A stretch of DNA of 64,000 nucleotides, from positions 62,001 to 126,000 of the forward strand of contig MU053065.1 in NCBI GenBank assembly GCA_013239625.1, written 5' to 3'. Below, one piece after another: positions 1 through 12,223 of this stretch (position 1 is its first letter; every line of letters begins with the position of its first letter). The DNA is from Lama guanicoe. Its lineage: Eukaryota. A model generated the notes under the pieces. The model was not told where the DNA came from, made no database searches, and was given only the letters and a program-made list of their open reading frames with translations. The position numbers were made by a program, and so were the translations under genes.

Positions 1-996
1 TGTCTATCTCACACAGATTCAGTTAAGCTCTTTGTGAAATCGAGCAACTCCAAACTCAAAAAAAGGCCTCCTGATGGGGGTTCACCCCTAAGCCACCTGC
101 CTCGCACACACCAGAAGGGGCAGGGAAGAACACCCAGAGAGAGAGCAGGCTCCCTGAGGAGGCTCTCCAAAACGCACTCACCTTGGACAAAGCATCTCCT
201 TGGAAGAAATGATCCTGTGAAGTCTTTTTTAGCTTTATAAAGTCGTAGACCTTATTGGTAAGCTTATTAATTCATATTTCCAGAACTAAAATAATAGCTA
301 ACACATGCTAAGCAAATATTTATTTCATGCCAGGGCTGAGCTTCACACCTTATTCCATTATTTCCTTTAAAGCCCACATACATGTGTATTCTCTACTTCA
401 CAGTTAGTAAACTTGCCTAGGTTCATACAGGCAGCTGGATTCAAACTCAGCTGTGACTTGAGTATAAGCCACTATATCAACTCTCAAAAGGGTGTAGACC
501 CCCAGATTGCTTATCAGGGGAAAACCAGCAACTCTACAGTGGAGGGACTGGGCCCCAGCTTGACTGGGTGATCGGAATGAACACTTCCAATGAGGGGCAG
601 ACAGATACGCATGCCTCTAGATGTGATGCCACGAGAATGCAACACCTCACGGAATGTGTTAGCCGGGAATGCAACACCTGAATCTAACTGAGAAAACACC
701 AGACAAACCCAAAATGGGATCACCCTACTTAAAAAAAAAAAATTAAAGGGACTCTAATCTTCAAAAATGTCTATACCATAAAAGATCAAACACTCACTGA
801 AATATCTGGGTGTAAAGGGCCATGACACAGGGAACTTAATCTCAAATGGTTTAGAAAAAACCCATGCGTGTGCAGGACAGGAAGGGTGTGTGGAAAAACA
901 AAGCAAACGGGACACAATGTTAACACTGAGTGTACGGAAGGGTGTACTCCTCTTTTTCTTGCAACTTTTCTGTAAGTTTGAAATTATTTCTAAATA

Positions 997-1208
997 CAGC
1001 TGACCCTCGAACAAAGCAGCAGTTAGGAGCACTGAGCCCCATCAGTCCAAAGTCCAGGTGTAAGCTGACAGTGGGCTCTCTTCACCTGTGGTTCTGCACC
1101 TACGGATTCAACTGACCGCAGAGCCGCAGCGCTGTGGTTTTTACAGAAAAAAATCCGAGTGTGAGTGGGCCCACACAGCTCAAACCTGTGTTGTTCAAGG
1201 GTCAACTG
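997..1208. mobile_element. Tigger2-family (TcMar) MITE
   Basis: Terminal inverted repeats CAGCTGACCCTCGAACAA ... TTGTTCAAGGGTCAACTG, with TA on the left. Inserted in an old L1M 3' end (~740-995) and followed by (TA)n. Confidence 0.8.
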
Positions 1209-1895
1209 CAATATATATATATATATATATATTTTAAAGCTAAAGGAAATTGAAGGGAAGAACAAGTAGACTCCGTAAGCAAGAGGAAGAGATGGACGCT
1301 CTTCTTCCAGGATTGCTGCCAAGTTCCCGCCGTCTCCACAAGCCAGGGAAAGTTCTGGTTCTTAATCTCCTCATCTAAAGCAGACAGCCTCAGAATACCT
1401 TCTACTGAGCAGTAGTTCTAGGGGCATAATTAGGTGTTATGTGAGGGGTTCCATGATTACATCATTTTAGGGCATGAAGAGGCAGTAACAGACAACGCTG
1501 GGCAGTTTCCTTACAGAAATATCCTCAGCAATCTCACATTTGCCAAAACGCACAGTGATTTCCCAAATGAACAACACACAAGTCAGCATTTCCCAATTAT
1601 GCACTGACCACTGTTAGTGCGGTTTATATAAATGTTTGGTGGGCCAAGTCTTTAATTTTCAGTATTAAAAAGGTAAGCATTAAAATAAAGCTGTAACGTT
1701 AAACTGTGACAGATAAAAACCATTCTCTTCTACAATAATATCTTATCAGTCTGGGTAAACATAACCTCCTGACTCCACTGTTCAACTCACAGTGAGGTAT
1801 TTTCTTTTCACTAAGTTTATTTTTAAAAAGGAGGGCAGCATTAAGACTATGAAAGCTCGGACAACAGACCCCCGTGCACAGACAATAAAGCGGAT

Positions 1896-2102
1896 CAGGT
1901 GCTGGCAGACCGTAGCCCAAGGGGACAGACCCGGTCCGCCTGCTCTGGAAACAGCTGTATTAAAAGACAGCCACACTGGCTCCTCTCCTACCGTCCGCGG
2001 CCGCTTTTGCTCCGCAACCGCAGAGCAGCCGTCGCAGAGACTGCAAGGCCTGCAAAGCCTCAAATACCCTCGGCCTCTCTGCACAAGGGGAGCAGACTCC
2101 CG
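1896..2102 (+). mobile_element. MER58A-like hAT-Charlie MITE
   Basis: Colinear with the recalled MER58A consensus (…ACAGCCACAC…GCTTTTGCTCCGCAACCGCAGAG…GGCCTGCAAAGCCTCAAATA…). Confidence 0.75.
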
Positions 2103-3892
2103 GCAGGGCCGTTACGCGCTGTTAACTTTCTGAGACCCGGCATCTGGCTGGGGCAGGGCGGGCCCCGGTGCGCACCGCAGCCCGCTTACTACCTACAAGG
2201 TGAAAATGACGGCAGAGGAAGTGCGCCAGGTAAAACCACAACCACCTCACTGGGCACAGTGTCCACTCTGAGGACGTCCCATCATGCCTGCTGCTCAGGA
2301 AGGTCAGTCACTCCCCGAAGCGACGGCATCTGGACCGAGGTCTGACTCAGAACCCCATGGTCTCTCTACTGTACCTTAACCCCCTTCTTGTCGTCTTTGC
2401 CTTCCCCGTGGGGGGCGAGTCCTGGCTGGTGCCCAGGGAAGGCCTCAGAACACGGAGAGAAGCAGAAAGGACTTGAACAGCGGAAGAGACGGGAGACAGC
2501 GTCATGGGTGCAGGATGGCTGGGAGGCTATGACCAGGGGAGGTGAGGAGAGGCGGGCCGATGTCCTCACTGCTCCCACAGGATTCGGATTCTCCTCCGAG
2601 CACTTCACCAGACTGGAGCTCCTACAGCTCACCTGCCAGCAAGGCCCAGGCACCCGGGTCTGCAGGCTGGAGCTGGAAAGACTGTCACGGCCGAGCCCAT
2701 GCGGGCACACACGCTTCCCTGCAGAACTACCCACTCTAGTCACCCCCTTGTACAGTTCACAGTAAAGGTAAAGTGTGTTCTTCTTTCGTAAGTATTGTTT
2801 TATCTCCCTGAATGCGCAACAAAAAAAATCAAAATTTGCTACTTCTCCCCCTGGGCTTCCAACACTTTGCTTACTGTATCTTTGACACCACATTTACCAG
2901 ATGTGGAGACAAAGTAACCTTCTTTGTACAGAAATAATTAGTAATGAGTTTCCCTCAAACAAGGAAATCAGCTTTTAATTAAAAGGAGATTCTGAAGGAA
3001 CCCACTTGGCTTCAGAAGTACTTTATTTAGGTACTATTATATAACCTAGTACAATTTTCAGAGGATGCTAAATGATTTACCACCCAGAGAGCTAAAGACC
3101 CCACGTGAGGAACTGGTGAGAGGGTTGAAACAGTCACAGACTTAGACGGAATGTGGCCGTCCCCTGCACTTCCCTCACAAATAACAGAGCTATCTACTGT
3201 ACTTCCTACCAGTCAACGCAGCAATCAAGACTCAGTCGGTGCTTTTATTAATGCTTTGTTTTACTCATCAAAAACAAAACTTTAGGGCCTGTATGAACGC
3301 AAAGATTCGTGCCTGTTGACGGTAACCATGGGAAACGCTGTAACACGGTTAGTGTGGGAAGAAGTGCTAGTTCATACATTGTACTTAGTATTCACTTTGG
3401 ACCAAAACTAAAACTAATCTTACAAAATTGTCTTCCTATCTTAAATTAAACCAAGTCCCCTGGTCTCACCAAAACCATAAAACTCCCCATGTAACTTCTC
3501 AAGTGGTGTCTTAGTAGCTAAAAAACAGAAGGGGCTCTGATAGTCTGAAAACTTTTTTCATTATGTTTGTTCCCCACACTTAAACTGACTCCTTTATTTA
3601 AAGGAACAAACACACTGGTAGATGAAAATAATATTTCATAACTAATTAATGGTATCTGGTATTATATTTTCTTATATAAAACACAATGTACAGAAATAAA
3701 ATTTTTGACTATTAGAATACTCTATCACATAGGGAGACATACAAAAAGGCATACTATTTAAGAGTACACTGTTTTTTGTTTTATATGTCTGTTAGTCTGT
3801 TTTGCATATAAGTTCATTTGTGTCAATTTTTTTACATTCCACGTGTAAGTGATATCACACAGTATTTTCAGAGCACACATTTTTACATGTCA

Positions 3893-4075
3893 GAACCTGG
3901 ATTAGAATCAACCTGAGTTAGAACCCCATTTCTGCCACTTACTAGCTGTGACGTAACACCTCTAACTTTCCTCTCCTTACCAGTGAGATGAGCTAACAGT
4001 CACTATGAGGATAAGATGAAGTGAGAAATGTGGGTGCACCTGTCAGCACAGCACCCAGCACACACTTACTAGCTT
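3893..4075 (+). mobile_element. MIR SINE
   Basis: MIR core ACCTGAGTTAGAACCCCATTTCTGCCACTTACTAGCTGTGAC…GAGGATAAGATGA. Confidence 0.7.
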
Positions 4076-5499
4076 TTCGAACTATAGTGAAACCAGTGTA
4101 GCCTTTTCCTACCAGCAAAGGGCAGAACACACTACCTGACTCATTAGGCTGGACTGAGGATTAAGTGAAGTTACGTCCACAAAGCCTCGGGGTGTTATTA
4201 TTGTAACAGGCAAATTATAATAAGAAATTTAAATTGTTTATGAAGATTATTTTACTGTCGCTATATACATGAGTCAATAAATTAGTAAGAAGACTAATTC
4301 CAAACTTATCTTGTGTTTTCTTAAAAGAAATCCTTTCTCCCGTTAATCCTACAAAAAGGCATTTTAAATCTCCAATTAGTTTTTAATGGCACTGTTAACA
4401 ACCCTCACCTCTGAAGTTAATCAACCTCACTGCAGAACTTAAGGACTTTATATAACAAATTCAGGTATCGTACTCCAGCGACCATCATACTCCAGCCACT
4501 TCTGCAGCTTTTATGAAAGAATGAGATCTTGCTACATACTTCAAAGTACAAAACAAAGAAAAAAGTACATTGCAGTCTATGAGGAAGCCTTGTTCTTAGA
4601 GCTTTCCTCATCAAGTTAAATCAATGGCAGTAATTCATCTCAAAGACTACCTATGCTACACACTTCATCGCACAGTTGGTATGAGCTAACTCAATGGAAC
4701 ATTTTAAAACTTTTAATGTTACGTGAAACAAATCTGGTTTCCTTTTTCCTATGGAAATGTAAGAAAAATGCATAACAACTTTTATTCGAGGAGGAAGGGT
4801 AAATGGTTGCAAACGTTGAATATACTTTAGCAGTTTCAGGTCTAATCCTAATACATTAAATTATTATCTCTTTAGTTAGTATTTATAGCCATAAGAGAAA
4901 GGAAACTATATTTTCTTGCAAAAGGTTTTAGTGCTCATATAAACATCACAAATTCCCTTATTTCATAGCAGAAATAACTAAAGCTTCCAGATAATAATAC
5001 TTAAGACAAATTTCCTCCAAAAATATTAAGTAAACTGTGTTAAAAGTCTGTATCACCTCCAGAGTTATATTAAGCTTGGTCAGAACGAAAGGCTGGTTCT
5101 CCCACACCTACACAAGAACATGCAGCATGCTTTCCCGATCTCATTCCAAAGAAGCAAACTGTGGCAGACACCGCAAGTTAGCTCTTATTTTTTTTTAAAC
5201 ACTATAAAGGCAAAGAACTTGCCAGTGATAAACAGCAGCAGAGGACCCCAAACTTAATTAGGAATTTGTTTATTTCGATCTGATCGTGACAACCAAAATA
5301 CGCCTTCGAGTGAGATACTTGTATTCTAATCTGACCAAACCATGGTCAGAATGCAAAACTGACTTTTTAATAGAGTGAAAGACAGATTAGACCTTAAGCT
5401 CAGAAGAGATAAAGTATGCTCTACTGAACATACACTTCTGATCTGTCTTCACAAATATCTTCTAAACACTGCCCAAAAATGCAAGGAGTTGTAGGATGT

Positions 5500-7590
5500 A
5501 ATCTACAGTGAACATCCTCTTTCCCTCGCCCTCCCCCTCAGTACACAGAGATGAACACTGGAAGTGGAACAGTCTTCAGTTTTGCTCATCAAACCGTTCC
5601 TGGCTGCCTCCCAGGAACACAGTAGGACGGTGCTTCTCGGCCTTCCTGCAGTTGCCAAGGCCAGGTGACTAAGTCTGGCCAATGAGTTGTGATCCAAAGT
5701 GACTTCTGTTACTTCTGGACCAGCGTATTTAACTGCTGGTAGAGGATGTAACCTGTCACCACATCTGAGCCGTCTGCTGCATCAGCCTGGTTTCCCAGCT
5801 GACCCACGATAAAATGTGACATAAACAAGAACTAAACTTCTGAGGTTGTTTGCAATCACATATCGTAACCCAGTTATCCTGGCTGACATAAAGTGGTCCC
5901 AGGAGTGGGGGACTGTTGTCACACAAAGATTTAAGTATCTGCCATTAGCCTGGGGGTCAGGCAGCAGGGAGACTTCCCAGAGTCTGCCAGGCTGACATTC
6001 CATATAGGCAGCACGAAGTATCTGGTGAAAGTCAGTTACAGTGGCTTGGAAAGCAGATCATGAACTTGAAGCCCCAGGAGAAGAGGCTAAGCACCTGGAT
6101 TTTAAAATGCTGTGCTGGTTGCGCTGTGCTTGGTGTTAAAGGAAAGAAACAAATTTTTAAAACTGACCAGTCTGTAAGCAGGAATGAAGGAAAAGAGTTC
6201 AAAGATCTGAAGCCTTGCAGTGTCTGAAGAGTGCTTCTCAACTTAAACCATAAATTAAAAAATCAAGAAGGCCTCTGACTAACAAAAGCAGGGGGTAAGG
6301 TTCAAACCAAGGTATGACCGTGATACCCACAGTTAGAACATCTGAATGGATTAGTCTCAGAGCAGAGACCCACTTAAAACTGAACACCCAGTAAATGCTT
6401 TCAGTTGAACAAAATGCTCAGAGGAAGCAGAGACAGAGACACTAGGGTGCAGCTCTTCCAGCAAAAGTGAATAGGCTACGGTATGGGCGTCCAGGAGACA
6501 GCCAGCCACCCAGGCAAAGAGCAGAGAGCAGGCAATCTCGCACACTGAGCTACACAGAAACACATTAGAGGCCTAGAGTTGTGCTGCCAACAGACAGACA
6601 GAAAGCAAGAGCCCAGACTGAAATCAGGTTGACGTAAAAGTGCACAGGTCTCCCGCCTCCCACAGGCAGGAAGCAGGCTGTGACACGCCTGGCCCTCAAA
6701 GGGCTTACTGTCCAAAACGCACTTCAGATGAGGCGAGGGAGGTGATGGAAAGGAGTCTCTGAGCTGTCAATGCCAGAGACACGGAACACAGCCCCTCCAG
6801 GAGTGTGCACTCGGCACCTAAACAAGAATATTCCCCACATCCAGGGGGACGGGACCTTATAAAGCCGGCCTGGTGGGACTTTTGAGTTGCTGTGGATTAG
6901 CGGCTGCTGGGTTCCATCACCCAATAAGGGAGCGCTGACTGTGGTCACCACGCCTCCAGCGTGTTCCGACGTATGCCGGGATGTGTGTGGGTACGAGGGT
7001 GCAGATACTTTCATCCACGGATCTCCAGATCACAAGAGGAGGCACACCCAAACCTGAGGCAGAGAGCTACGTGTATCACCTGGAAATCCCAATACTTCAG
7101 GCTTGTGCTGTCCAGCTGGGACCACGGGGAGATGAGTACATTCTGTCTGTGGGAAGGAGAGTGAGCCATGTCTTCGGGTGACCAGAAGGGCTGACCTGTC
7201 ATTACTGTTCTTTGCCCAGAATTTTTGTTCTTCGCCTTCTGGTCTTATGGTAGGATTGTATCCCCTGGTCAACCAGATATTTAGGTGGACCCATGCAACT
7301 TGTTCTGGCCAATTAGTTGTGAGTTGAGATGATACAGAACCTCCTGCCTGGCTTCCGGCCAGAGCATCTGAGTAACTGGCACAAGACACGAGCTCTCCCA
7401 GGGCGCTTTCCTCATCCAGCAGTGTTCAGGATGGAGGCTCCTGTTGGTTGGACCCTGGAGTGAGGTCATGTAGAACAGAGCCCCCGAATCCACCCAGGGG
7501 ATAAGGTCGTGTTAGAAGTCCGTTTCTGTTATAAAGCCACAAGATTTCAGGACTGTATGTTGGTTGACATTACGGCCTTGCCTATCCTGA
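5500..7590 (+). mobile_element. Degenerate MaLR (MLT1) element: LTR, internal region, LTR
   Basis: MLT1-like motifs (GTGACTAAGTCTGGCCAATGAGTTGTGA ~5665; TTGTTCTGGCCAATTAGTTGTGAG ~7300; TATAAAGCCACAAGATTTCAGGACTGTATGTT ~7530) flanking MLT-int-like sequence. Boundaries are rough. Confidence 0.55.
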
Positions 7591-10399
7591 TAAATGGAGG
7601 GAAACCAGTAACACCACTGAACAACTGAGTCAGAGGGAAGTGTATAGATCAGATTCCTTCCACAGACGATAAACACGAGGTCTACGGTTAGGTGATGTTT
7701 CTGCTCACACAGTAATCACACAGAGGGAGAATCTGATGGAGGAATCGTTATCCTCATGTAATTCTAAATTACAAAGAGAGTTATGTTCCTAATCTCTAAA
7801 CAGCTCTGGGACAGAATGAACTAAAAACATATGAATAAATTAGCAGTAGGCCAACTCAGTCATTCAACAAGTAATGGAGGCACGAAGCTCCAAAGCCAAA
7901 GCTGCCTGGAGCTCGGCCATGTGAAGACTCATCAAGTGACTACACAAGTGGAATGGAAGTTCACAACAGTAACTGCCAAGACAGATGAGCTATTGCGGGA
8001 GCACACAACAGACCTACCCCAGCGGGCAGGCATCTAACGACGTGGCCTCGGGATCAGTGGGAGACTCCCAGACCAACCCACAGAGGAGTCACGGTTCAGT
8101 ACCAGGAGTAAAGGAGAGAGGACCCTGTGGCTGGAGGGAGCCCGAAGGCTTTGGAGGAACAGAAAGCAGGCAGGGCCAGATTCCATGAGGCCTCCTATAT
8201 AAGCCACTTGAAAAGCAACAGGAACCCTGTACAGGTCGTTAGCAGGAAGCGACACAATGGTTTCAGTTTTCAAAGGACCACTGGCTGTGTTGAGAATACC
8301 AAGAAAGGCAGCAGTTGCAGTCTCGGGAAAATCTGTTAGGAAGGCACTGAAATCCAGTTAAGAGAAGACGGCGCCCTGAATTAGGGAGGTGGCAATGAAG
8401 ACGATCACGTCTGAACTCATCAGGAAATTAAACATCACTGCACTGCAAACTGGAATTTGTATTCAGGGTATTTTCAACTCTCGCCAGCCTATGGGAACTC
8501 TCACCCTGGTTCTCCACTTTCTCCACTGTGATTCACAGCAAACCTGAATACATTACACTCAAAGGACAGCGTAACATTCGTATCACAATGATGCCTCTCC
8601 TTCAGGCCCAGCAACACTCATATTCCATCACTTCCCAAGTGATTAGGCAGGGTGCTTAGTGAAAACTCCTAGGCTGGAATCTTAGAAATCAGATTTTTAA
8701 TTCACACTTAAGATTTATTTCAGAAAGGATTTAAAATGGATGGGCCCAGAAATAAAGAGACATTACAGTTTTAAATTGTTTTCTTGCTAGTGATATAAAG
8801 TATAAGGCATCCTTGAGAAATAAGAATTTCAGATATGAGTAAGAATTAAGGTTCAATTGAAAAGTTTTACATGGAAAAAGCCCAGTTCTAAAAATAGAAA
8901 GACCAGAAAAAATGTTAATCCTATCGCAAGCATTTCTGTATTCTGTCCATAATCAACAAAACTGTTTCATCACTACAAAAAGATAAGAATTTCTGAAGCG
9001 TATTCTACAAAATCACAGTGTAAAAGTGCAGAAAAGATAAACAGAACTCAACAGATGTTTTTGAACAGTGTACAGAAAAACCAAGACAAAGGAATCAAAG
9101 AGTGTATTTTTATGGAATTGATTCTGAGATATTTCCCTGGTATAAAGAACAAAAAGACTGCTTTTATTTTACTAGAAGTGCATTACAGAGGAAGAATTCA
9201 CCATGGGAAAAACATTCATACAGAATTTTCACATACAGTGTCAAGATGCTACTGTGACAGATGAAACAGAAACTTCAAAGAAGGTAATAAAAAGATCACT
9301 GCAACCAAAATCTTGGTTTCCAAGACATTTTCAGATCAGAGAGAATTTTAATGTAAAAACTTTAGAGTGAAATAATTGATTTTGATTTTGCATGATTTTA
9401 CCTTCAAATGGGAGGAAGAAAAGAGATGACTTTTCAGAAACTCAACGTGAGAAGGTGGCTGACATGGTTTTATTCGACTCTGAGTGATAACGTACAAGCT
9501 ACTCAATGTAAAAGTAGGTGTTTCTGATCTTTACAACAGGGACTTGAAAGACTGCCTCAGATTATGGTTTATTTACAATGTGAACTATAAGCTCCTTAAA
9601 GGAAAAGATACATCTGTGGACCCATAATATTTAGCATTATACTTTGTAAGTGTAAGTTTACAAATATTTGATAAAACAACACAATATAAAATAAGCACTT
9701 TTAGTAGTTTAGGGAAAGGTCATGACATTTTCTCTGGCTTAAAATTTTGGATTATTGGAATGTCTCACATCCTTCCCAATCTTAGAGGAAAAACACGCAA
9801 GACCACAGCCTAAATCCTACTGACTAGCCTCACTCCGAAAGTCCGAAGGCAGTGAAAACAGGTCCCTGACCACCACTGTAGAATACAAATAATCATAAAG
9901 TACCTAGATTTTTTCATAATACTTAAACATTAAAGAAACATTTACACCAGAACAATTTTAAGTTTTTAAGAAGCCACTGTTTCTGCTTTCAATGGGCTTG
10001 AAGTACAGTGAAAGAAACAATCATATAAATGAATGTGTTTTCCAAAACTCCAAGTAATATCACTTGGAAAGGGTAATTCAAGGAGGGCTTCACAGACATT
10101 GGTCGAGCTCAGGGAAGGAAAGACACCCAGAGGGGCAGTGTAAGCAAAGGCAGACGAGAGGAACCCAGAGCACATTAGGTCCGGCACAGGGTTCAGCTTA
10201 TGGAGCAGACTCCAGGCGGCCCCCCAGGGGCCCGACCCCTTGGATCCGCCCCCTGGGGCAGGCCCTCCCCCGCTGTTGCCAGTGCTGGCCCGTGTGACCA
10301 ACAGCACACGGCACAAGGGGCGGCCAGCCCTTCCAGGACAAGGTTACGGAAGATGGCAGCTCCCGTCTTAAGCACTCTCACTCACTTCCACACACTTTT

Positions 10400-12223
10400 T
10401 CTTTGATCATTTGCTCTGGGGGAGCCAGGTGTCAGGTTGTGAGGACACACAATTAGTCACAGAGAGGCCATGTGATGACTCCAACACTGCCCTGCTTTCT
10501 GCAGACCCTGAACCAGAACCACCCGTGTTTACTGGGATCAGTTATGCAGCAACAGATAACAGACACTGGTACCAAGAGTCTTCAATGCATAAAAGAAACC
10601 TAAATTGTTGGAATGGCTTCGACACCAGACCACAGTCTTGGAGGACGGTATTAATGAAGAAGCCGTTAATAAAAGTCTCATGGTGTTTCATGAGAGAGGT
10701 GAGGGCAGAAAAGTGAGGGCTATGACCACTGGAAACTAGAGGAAGGGTTAGGAAGCAGAAAGTTTAGTAACACCGTCACCTCTGTTGTGTGCAAAGCAGA
10801 AAATTTACCTAATAACTGGAGAACTACCTAAGGAGATTTTCAACCAGAGAGTTGAAAGTGCCACCTTGTTATTCTGCTATATATGGTAAAAAATGAAAAG
10901 AAATAAACTAAATGAAGAACCATTCGAAAGGAGCCAGGACTCAATGGTTTTGACAATTTGCGTCTCACCAGACTGCAAACGGTGCTAACATTCAGAAATG
11001 GATTCTGAGCCAAGATCGAATCCAGGACACTGAGAGAAAAAACAGGGCCTAAAAACTAAGCCGAGTGACTGCAAAACCTTTTGTTACGACCTCAGAAAGA
11101 TCAAAGATGACGCCTCAGAGTACTCTTCAGCCAGACAAAAGGCCAAACAGAACCACGTGCTTCAAAGATTCTCTCAAACAGTAAGGCTGTCAGGAAGCTG
11201 ACGGGTATGGTCTCTAGGCAGAAGCTCAAGCTAGTAAAAGGCTTACCTCCAAGATGCTCATGGGAGTGGCTCTCAACAAATGGAACAGACTCCAATAGAA
11301 TTCACAGAAGACCCACAAAGTTTTTAAAAGAATTATGTATTTAGAAATACTACCGTGAACTGATGGAGACAAGACAGTACAAAATGAAAAGAGGACTTCA
11401 GAGGCCTAAATTTTGGCAGGGAGCAGGTTAAGAAAACCCAGAAGCAAACATGTTCTACCTTCATGAAAAAGGAAGGGTGACCTAAATGTCCAATGGGCAA
11501 AGCTGACAGCTGGGGTGACCTGTGCCCAGGGACTGATGTTCAACCAAGGAGTCACCATCATTTGCCTGACTGGATTCCAGAATGCTACGGACTGCCTCCC
11601 ACCCCACCCTCTGTCTTCCTTTGAATAGGAACGTTTCATGGTGGTTACTCCAGGCCTGGCCCAATACTGTGTACTGGCCGGGGAGCAGATGCCTCTCTGT
11701 GGCCTCATGGTGGAAAGGGATTCGTACGTGAGAAGCTGCACTTAAGGAACTACACGTGAGAAGCCTCAGCTGTACCTGAACCCCGTGTGGATGGAACCCT
11801 CACGCTGCAACGAGAGGAGCCTTCGGGGGGCTTCGGGCGGCAGTGAGAACATCCTGCCTGCGGTCAGCTGTGGCGACCGGCCTCCAACGACCTGCATTTG
11901 CAGGCGCACAGACTTGTGCAGCCCCTGCCCAGGGCTGGTTTGTGTCACCAGCAGCATATGACAGAAGTGATGGTAATTTCCAAAAATTAGGTCACAGAAG
12001 ACTGTGCACTCTCTCTGTGGGGTCACCCCCTCTGGGGGAAGCCCACTGAAGCCCTAACCAATGGCGTTACTGGGACTCTGTGAAAGACCCTGAGCCAGTA
12101 TCACCCAGATAAACCGCTCCTAAGATCCCTAACCCTCAGAAATGGTGTGCGATACTAAGTGTCTGTTGTTTTAAGCTGTTAAGTTTGGGAGTAATCTGTT
12201 ACGCAGAAAAAACAACTAATGCA
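10400..12223 (+). mobile_element. MaLR MLT1(E/F-like) element with internal region and two LTR remnants
   Basis: LTR 3' ends …TTATGCAGCAACAGATAACAGACA (10565), followed by CTGGTACC at the start of the internal part, and …GTTGTTTTAAGCTGTTAAGTTTGGGAGTAATCTGTTACGCAGAAAAAACAACTAATGCA (12223). Confidence 0.7.

Noticed and set aside
4579..4615. Hairpin ATGAGGAAGC…GCTTTCCTCAT with a minus-strand TGATGA (C-box-like)
   Set aside because: The stem is short and I found no suitably placed D box or terminal stem, so a snoRNA or miRNA is not supported.
8580..9420. Possible decayed hAT transposase or internal sequence
   Set aside because: Only a compositional impression; no terminal repeats or protein motifs could be confirmed.
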